DNA from: a virus | Reading direction: 5' to 3' (one strand) | Virus record (IMG/VR): IMGVR_UViG_3300046779_002065 | Span: 32,001 to 96,000 of that record | Length of the DNA stretch: 64,000 nucleotides | In this document: positions 57,628 to 64,000 of the stretch, one piece after another | How the letters are laid out: every line of letters starts with the position of its first letter | Numbering within the stretch: position 1 is the first letter of the stretch | Position numbers and translations under genes: made by a program | Notes under the pieces: model-generated | What the model was told of the DNA's origin: nothing | Database searches by the model: none | Seen by the model: only the letters and a program-made list of their open reading frames with translations

Positions 57628-60600
57628 TCAATTATATTTGTTTAACCACCCTTGAGACTGTCCACCAAACTTTGCATAATCCTGATTGGGTGAATCATTC
57701 TTTGCAAACAGATACATCATCTCGTTAATTTCGCTGTCAGATAAACCAGCTTTTTTAAGTTGCTCATATTGCTTCATCTCCTCTGGAGTAAAACCTTTCT
57801 TATACTGTTCAATATCGTATCCAGGTGCTTGTAGTTTGTATCCCTGCTCAATAGAGGAATCTCTTAACGCACGAAGTCTTGCTTTTGCTTCCGAAGGATC
57901 CAGGAGGTAATCTGCTTCATTAAAATCTGTTTCAATATTCTCACCAACCGTCATGTCCTTTTTTAAACTAGAAGGTTGTCCCAGAAATTCCTGACTGTCC
58001 CTGGACATAGCATTCTTACCAAGTTGCTCGGTAAAGTATGGTCCCACTCCTGGATTAGGATTATCACCAAATGGTGCTTGGTCTCCTACATGAGAAAACT
58101 CATGCGAGTGAACACCTCGTTCTACAGGAGTAGAAGGAACGAACATGGTGTGGAAATTAGGATCGTAACCTGCTTTGATTCCTTTTGCTGACAGATCTGC
58201 GGTAACTAGATTAATGTTACCGAGGTTCTCCCTGCGCTGATTCAGAATGTCATCAATCTTGATTTTCTCACCATCAGTCAATTCATCGTAAGTAGTATTA
58301 GGTCCATAAAATTCTACAGCAAGTAAATCAGCATAGTCTGCACTTCTTGCATACTTCAATTCTTTATCTGCAGCTGCACGTACGTCATACTCCGATTGCA
58401 AACGTTTTTGACGCTGAACTCCTTTGTCATATAACCACTGATTCACTGAACCAGCATTCTCAGGCATTGGAGGTAAATCAGCAGGACGAGCTGGTCCACC
58501 GTCTTGGAAGTTGTTTAACCACCCTGTACTACCACCCATCTTTTTACCTGGAACATAATCACGGATAGAGAACGGACTTGTATGCATATAGACTTTATCC
58601 CACATTTCAGGAGGGACACCTGCACGCTGCAAGTATTCCTGACGTGTCTTTTCATCCCAGTTAAGTAATGTGTTCTGTTCCGACCCCGATTTCATGGTAG
58701 GACTAAACATGTCCATAGTAACCGGTAAATACCCAGCTAAAGTAAACTCCTCTGGATTTTGAATTACAGGTGTGTACTCACGCGAGTGCGGGATCACTAA
58801 TCCCTTCTTATTAAATCTTGCATCACGCGATGCTACCAAAGCTTCTGCAAGAACGGGTGAAAACTGATCTTTTCCTAAATTGTCCAAATCAATGTTGTGC
58901 TCTTTAGCGTATGCAACAATCTCTGGATTATTACGCATCTCTACCAACATTTGCTGACCAAGTCTCCATGTTTCTCCAGTCGGACTTGGAATCACTTTTT
59001 CTGCTTTCTTCTGAACTTCCTCTGAACGTTTTTTGAATTCAAAAGCAGCTGGTGAAAAGTTTGGAGCAGCAGCTGATGTTTGCTTGTTTTTAGGAGTGGT
59101 GTAGTATTCATCTCCACAATTCCCAGAAGCGCAGTGCAAGTCTTTTAATTGTTCCGCAACTTTTTCATCTTGACCCCACTGTGTGTTATGCTTGGGAGCA
59201 ATAAAGTACAAGTAACGAGGATTTGTTTCAGGATTATAAGCTTCACTGTCACCTAACCATGGTCTTGACTTTTCAGACGGTGCTGACGTCCAGATACGAT
59301 TAGGAGAATATCCTTCATAAATACCAGGTCCTTCAACAACCGGTAAACCACCAAAGGTTTTTCCAAGATTCTCTTTGTATTTTTCATCCAGTGGTTTGTA
59401 TTGCTTTGTATCCTTGATTTCCTCGGAACGTTCAGCAGTTACAGGACCTGCTTGTACACCACGTTGTTTTGGATCAGCATCATGGGTGTCTTCGTAATAT
59501 TCATTGTACTTTGGAATCCTGGAGAGAAGGTTTTTAAATTCGCTGAGTGTAGGGTTCAGCTTTTCCATGTTCTGCCAGTCCTGGAATCCATCTTCGTATT
59601 TGTTTTCCGTTTTTGCTTGAACACGTCCTTTCTCATCAATTCGGAACTGAAATCCTCCTTGTGTATTTTTAAACGTTTCCGGATCAATTGTACTGGTGAC
59701 AGGTTTTTCCTGATTACCTACAAATTTGTCTACAGCTATTTGAGTGTCTTTACCCCAGATACCATCTTCGTCCAGGTACGCATTGTAATTATCGTTTATC
59801 CATTTTTGGTACTTCTGTACTTCAGGATCACCTTTCAGTTTACTATTAAACGCATAACGCTCCGCATCTAAATTTACCTGTTCATACTTTGCGGGATCTG
59901 TTTCAGATTTCTGCCATTTGTAGCGATCCCAGAATGATTTGTCATATTTTTTTTCTCCACCGTCTTGATAATTATCCATCCACCCAGTAACGCCACCAAA
60001 CGCTTTTTCTTCTTTACGAATCTTGCGTTCCTGCTCAAGCATTTCTTTGGTAGGTTTCTTACCGCTACCCTTGTTTGCACGAATGTTATCCCAAAGTCCA
60101 CGTTGAGAATATGAACCATCAGCACGACGAATCATTTCACCACCTTGTTTAAATACCTGCGCATCATGTAGAAAGTCAGTTGGATTGAATGAAACGTTCT
60201 CATCCTGAAAGTTTGACATCATGTATTTTGCCAATTCTTCGCGGTTTTTCTTGTCTTTAACCCTGCTGAGAATGTCAGCAACTCCTTCCAGCATTTCTTT
60301 GTCGTCACTGGTTTCCCCACCTTTCTCCCATGTCTTTCTTGCAAATGCACGGAAATACGGATTGTTCTCAAGATTTTTCTTATGACGAGCATAAAACGCT
60401 TTCTTACGTTCCGGGTCCTTTGGATGTTGACCAAGTTTAGAATCACCAAAATATTTTACGGTACCATCCGGTCCAGTAACCTTATGGGTTTTTCCTTTAC
60501 GATCATTACTCCGGGTTACAATGTAACCACCGTTTTTCATGACCGGTTTCTCATAGACCATATCTCCAGGAAAGGTATACTCACCTCCCGGCATCATCAT

Positions 60601-60744
60601 GATACTATGACCTGTATTATCTGTACCAAGTACAGGATAAGGTACTCCTTTCATGGTGATGTCACCAGAGGGTATAATCGTATCTCTCCCTGGGTAATCC
60701 CATTGACCACGGGACGTTACTGGTACATTCTTCAGTTTTTTCAT
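57628..60744 (-). CDS. Modular virion protein (1038 aa) with PG-binding-like and zincin-like modules
   Basis: EVQKYQKWIN...LDEDGIWGKDTQIAVDKF (PG_binding_1-like); HEFSH...PSEAKARL (zincin-like); repeated GG linkers. Confidence 0.7.
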   Translation of the reverse strand: MKKLKNVPVTSRGQWDYPGRDTIIPSGDITMKGVPYPVLGTDNTGHSIMMMPGGEYTFPGDMVYEKPVMKNGGYIVTRSNDRKGKTHKVTGPDGTVKYFGDSKLGQHPKDPERKKAFYARHKKNLENNPYFRAFARKTWEKGGETSDDKEMLEGVADILSRVKDKKNREELAKYMMSNFQDENVSFNPTDFLHDAQVFKQGGEMIRRADGSYSQRGLWDNIRANKGSGKKPTKEMLEQERKIRKEEKAFGGVTGWMDNYQDGGEKKYDKSFWDRYKWQKSETDPAKYEQVNLDAERYAFNSKLKGDPEVQKYQKWINDNYNAYLDEDGIWGKDTQIAVDKFVGNQEKPVTSTIDPETFKNTQGGFQFRIDEKGRVQAKTENKYEDGFQDWQNMEKLNPTLSEFKNLLSRIPKYNEYYEDTHDADPKQRGVQAGPVTAERSEEIKDTKQYKPLDEKYKENLGKTFGGLPVVEGPGIYEGYSPNRIWTSAPSEKSRPWLGDSEAYNPETNPRYLYFIAPKHNTQWGQDEKVAEQLKDLHCASGNCGDEYYTTPKNKQTSAAAPNFSPAAFEFKKRSEEVQKKAEKVIPSPTGETWRLGQQMLVEMRNNPEIVAYAKEHNIDLDNLGKDQFSPVLAEALVASRDARFNKKGLVIPHSREYTPVIQNPEEFTLAGYLPVTMDMFSPTMKSGSEQNTLLNWDEKTRQEYLQRAGVPPEMWDKVYMHTSPFSIRDYVPGKKMGGSTGWLNNFQDGGPARPADLPPMPENAGSVNQWLYDKGVQRQKRLQSEYDVRAAADKELKYARSADYADLLAVEFYGPNTTYDELTDGEKIKIDDILNQRRENLGNINLVTADLSAKGIKAGYDPNFHTMFVPSTPVERGVHSHEFSHVGDQAPFGDNPNPGVGPYFTEQLGKNAMSRDSQEFLGQPSSLKKDMTVGENIETDFNEADYLLDPSEAKARLRALRDSSIEQGYKLQAPGYDIEQYKKGFTPEEMKQYEQLKKAGLSDSEINEMMYLFAKNDSPNQDYAKFGGQSQGWLNKYN

Positions 60745-63700
60745 CGAGGACTATGCAGCTTCTTAGTGGTAAACATCTTGAGGAGCATTTTTACATTACC
60801 ACTTATTTTGCGGATCAAAATAAATCGATCAGCGTAGTGACGAAACTTCTTACGCTCAAGAGGTGCTTTATTATAATTTACGTAATCTGAGTTGATTTTC
60901 CGAACATAACCGTTACAATCAGTCAACCACATAGGCGTTCGGGTTGTTGTAAACTCCCCTCTGTCTTTGGTGATGTCCCAGAATTGATTAAAGCGATAGG
61001 TGTTTTCTTCTTTACTAAACAAGATATCAATGTTGTTTGCATTGATTCGTGGATAGGTAAGCATACCAATCGGATCGCTTTTTGGTTTAAGAACCAGGTT
61101 CAACGCACCTGAGATCTGTTCGTTGTTATAGACGACAGCCTGGTCAAAGTTGTGATCCAGTACTTCATGCGCACTCATCCCGTCATTAGAGAAGATGTAG
61201 TTTTCCAGCACGTACTCTCCGTTGCGGATTGTCGTAATAGTGTTTGCCGTAGATGTTGGGAACTCTACCTCAAAAGGATAATCAACCCCATAGAAATTGC
61301 AGTAGCTGTCCCAGCGTTTGTTATGCTTGTACACACTTGGACCTTTTACCGTCATGAAGTGCTCATGAGGTTGAATCATCAGATCCGGATGCCAGTCATG
61401 GAAGCTGATCCACATTTTGTTTTTCGGATCGTAGGAGATCGTCCAGGAGCAGCGGGTAAAGTATTGAGGATCATCCAGGGTCACGTGCCTGCGCTTGTAC
61501 ACTACTTTCTCAGTATCCGGTAACGTAACTTCTTGCACGGGTGCTGTCAATACGCGGCGGCAAATAGGAGTAGTACAATTGCTTGCCAAACCAAGTGTGT
61601 AGTCAAGTGGGCAGATGTAATTGTTTGCAGTAAACGTAGTTTTATCTCTAGTGGTAAAAATTACGTTTAACATACTATAACTGGTAGCAGCGATAATTTC
61701 AGATGCGGTATTGTCATAAATTTCAGCACCTATCATACCTACACTACCTGATTGATTCCAACCAATTAGTTCAAGCAAATGATTTCCCGCTTCAATTTCT
61801 ATTGGGTAAATATGTAATCTTTGAAATTGAATACGTCCGTCAGATGGGTTAATATTATGATTTTCACACATTTGTGCAGCGTCGGCTTCCAAAATAATAT
61901 TACCGTCTATTTTTAAAGTAAATTTATTATCACCAGTCAATGCTACATAATACGTTTTAGTTTGATTGATACAAACGTTAAAACTAAATCCTCTTTCTCC
62001 AGGGGTGGTTATACCTGATGCATCCCATACAGAAAGCCTGTTTACAGGGTTTAATGTATAAGTAGTATTGTACCAAAAAGTATTAGAGTATGGTATTACG
62101 CTGTAACCGTTTGTATTTAATATTCCAGGAGTGTGTCCTGCACCCGTTCCATTCGAATTCCATCCTGTATCATATACAGCAGTACCGAGATATCCCCAAT
62201 CAGGTCTTTGATAAGGTGTAACGGAATAGCTTGTTGGAACTTCAGTCGCAGTAACTGTCTCGATCTTTTCGCAAAACTTAACACCGCTTGGTGTGGTTTT
62301 CAGGGTGTATCCGGCAGCACATCCAATAGTGGTCTCTCCGGGAACTTTAACAGTCACCGGGTACTCCGTATAGAACCCGTAATCCGGATCATACTTTACT
62401 TCCGGATTTAGCGGAATGTAATCTACCTTACTGAAATACACCAACTCGTACTGCGGATCATACACTGTCTGAGCACCAATACCTGCAACCGGATTATCAA
62501 TACCTCTAAAGTTCGGATAACGCTGAAGCAATTTGCTTGGCAGGTATTTCTGGAACCAGTAATTCATTCCGTTGCGGGAAATCTCGTCAAGTCCACTGCC
62601 TGTGTAATTGAGGATTTTACCAGTTTCTTCTGAAACATAAAACGTTCCGTGAGGCGTATTGACCGCAGAACGTCCGCTTAGACAAGAACCATATTGCATG
62701 GTGTCATCAGCATTCACCAATGACTGCAATGCCTGGTTAAACAATCCACCATCACCGATGGTAATTTTTGTGCCGGCGTCCGTCTGTAATTGATCCACCC
62801 CTACAAATTGGGTAGGTTCTGCATCTTCATACAAAATGATAGCACCGGTCTTATTTATAGCTTTTATTGCAGAAACCCTGCTGTTAAAATCTTTGTAGTT
62901 GTTTGCCAGGTAAACTCTCCAGTTGTCCTTTACTCCCTCTGCCTGACGTTGCAGTGAATACAACACGCGTTTTTCACGGTTGGCAAAACAAGTTTGAGAA
63001 ACGTACGGATCATACAACGATGGCAGCACGTATCCCCAACTGCCATATTGCTGGATAGATTTGCTGAAGCTCAGCGAATAATCATACTTGTAGTAGTTAC
63101 CAGTAGCAACAATGTCACTTCTGAAGAGTTCATCCGTTGACGTAAATGTATAGCGATCATAGTGTCGCTCACTCATTCTTTCACCCCAGTCACGATGTGC
63201 CAGGTTGACTTCGCTTTCTACAAAGAACTCACGGACCCCTGAATTGAACAAATAGAAGTACGCATTTTTAACACTGAACGTAAATCCGTTTCCAGACTTG
63301 CGGTTCAGGGATCGATAGTCACTTGGGTAGTTTAAGATATCACCGTTGTTTCCACCCAATAATCCTTCGTATTTGTTTGAATCTACCCAGTAACGAGGAA
63401 ACGGAATGTTTACATTGGTACGGTAGTCAAAGGTGGTTCCATCCGGGTACCCGCATGCATTGGTATTGAAGAAGAACATTGAGTTCTTTTCGGTGTATCG
63501 ATTGATGTAAATGTCCCCTCCAAAGATTACCGGTGAAGAGAACTTTTTACGTTTTAACGGTTCAGTGCTGTAAACACACTGTGTCACAGGTACTTGCGAA
63601 ATGTTTGCAATCTGACCGTACTGGTTTTGAAAATCAACTTTTAAAGACGTGTAGTAAGAGCTTACCGTTGTGGTAAAATCTTCTCCTACATTTTCATTGA

Positions 63701-64000
63701 CATCGGTAATAAGACGACGCGAATTATCCGTCACTGAAGGATCAGCAACGTCGTTAGAAACTTCTACACCGACAAAGCGATTCCGAAACATATTATTGAT
63801 TCGGTGCGTTCCGCCAAACTGCATGAGCGTAGGATCTACATAATTGCTTCTATTAACGCGTCTGCGCTTGTTTCCCGCAATGTTTTCTACAGATTGGTTA
63901 TATTCTCCCACCTGATCTACTTGAAGCGCGTAATCGCGGTATTTTGACAAAAGCGTAATTGCCTGCAAAATGTTTTCGTTGATCATGTCAAATGCGCTAA
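60741..64000 (-). CDS. Tail stabilisation (P22 gp10-like nozzle/muzzle) protein, 5'-truncated by the window edge
   Basis: Frame open to the edge; beta-propeller-like FGGDIYINRY, QYGSCLS...NTPHGTFYV, WTISYDPKNKMWISFHDWHPD, FDQAVVYNNEQISG motifs of crAss-like stabilisation proteins. Confidence 0.75.
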   Translation of the reverse strand, partial: SAFDMINENILQAITLLSKYRDYALQVDQVGEYNQSVENIAGNKRRRVNRSNYVDPTLMQFGGTHRINNMFRNRFVGVEVSNDVADPSVTDNSRRLITDVNENVGEDFTTTVSSYYTSLKVDFQNQYGQIANISQVPVTQCVYSTEPLKRKKFSSPVIFGGDIYINRYTEKNSMFFFNTNACGYPDGTTFDYRTNVNIPFPRYWVDSNKYEGLLGGNNGDILNYPSDYRSLNRKSGNGFTFSVKNAYFYLFNSGVREFFVESEVNLAHRDWGERMSERHYDRYTFTSTDELFRSDIVATGNYYKYDYSLSFSKSIQQYGSWGYVLPSLYDPYVSQTCFANREKRVLYSLQRQAEGVKDNWRVYLANNYKDFNSRVSAIKAINKTGAIILYEDAEPTQFVGVDQLQTDAGTKITIGDGGLFNQALQSLVNADDTMQYGSCLSGRSAVNTPHGTFYVSEETGKILNYTGSGLDEISRNGMNYWFQKYLPSKLLQRYPNFRGIDNPVAGIGAQTVYDPQYELVYFSKVDYIPLNPEVKYDPDYGFYTEYPVTVKVPGETTIGCAAGYTLKTTPSGVKFCEKIETVTATEVPTSYSVTPYQRPDWGYLGTAVYDTGWNSNGTGAGHTPGILNTNGYSVIPYSNTFWYNTTYTLNPVNRLSVWDASGITTPGERGFSFNVCINQTKTYYVALTGDNKFTLKIDGNIILEADAAQMCENHNINPSDGRIQFQRLHIYPIEIEAGNHLLELIGWNQSGSVGMIGAEIYDNTASEIIAATSYSMLNVIFTTRDKTTFTANNYICPLDYTLGLASNCTTPICRRVLTAPVQEVTLPDTEKVVYKRRHVTLDDPQYFTRCSWTISYDPKNKMWISFHDWHPDLMIQPHEHFMTVKGPSVYKHNKRWDSYCNFYGVDYPFEVEFPTSTANTITTIRNGEYVLENYIFSNDGMSAHEVLDHNFDQAVVYNNEQISGALNLVLKPKSDPIGMLTYPRINANNIDILFSKEENTYRFNQFWDITKDRGEFTTTRTPMWLTDCNGYVRKINSDYVNYNKAPLERKKFRHYADRFILIRKISGNVKMLLKMFTTKKLHSPR

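Noticed and set aside
26422-62411. Many plus-strand ORFs of 60-180 aa inside the giant minus-strand genes
   Set aside because: They are antisense shadows of long coding frames, with atypical composition and no recognisable motifs
1-64000. Stop-codon reassignment (TAG or TGA), known in some crAss-like phages
   Set aside because: Genes up to 12 kb are uninterrupted in the standard code, coding density is high, and TGA serves as a real stop at coupled junctions

Overview
This window is part of a crAss-like (Crassvirales-type) podophage genome, probably infecting a Bacteroidota host (TAnnTTTG promoter boxes, A-rich ribosome-binding regions without clear Shine-Dalgarno motifs). It reads in the standard genetic code. 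Bases 1-13.5 kb (+) hold the replication module: SF2 helicase, uracil-DNA glycosylase, DnaB, AAA ATPase, putative SSB, primase, RusA-like resolvase, PD-(D/E)XK exonuclease, PolB and dNMP kinase. Bases 13.5-64 kb (mostly -) hold the late module: a lysis cassette, a two-gene (+) island with a DnaA domain-IV protein, tail fibres, three giant putative ejected proteins (2243, 4019 and 1634 aa), modular 'GG-linked' cargo proteins and a 5'-truncated tail stabilisation protein. The most notable observations are: (1) the 4019-aa virion RNA polymerase ends in an RNase HI domain with all catalytic motifs present; (2) the three giant, almost Cys-free proteins carry Cys at the four adjacent termini and not at the outer two, suggesting head-to-tail linkage; (3) the cargo proteins look like polyproteins cut by a repeated di-glycine motif; (4) there is a candidate small RNA and a set of helically phased repeats next to the DnaA-like genes; (5) there are recurring promoter or operator motifs and an uncalled 51-aa basic gene. 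All calls come from reading motifs by eye. No database searches were run.
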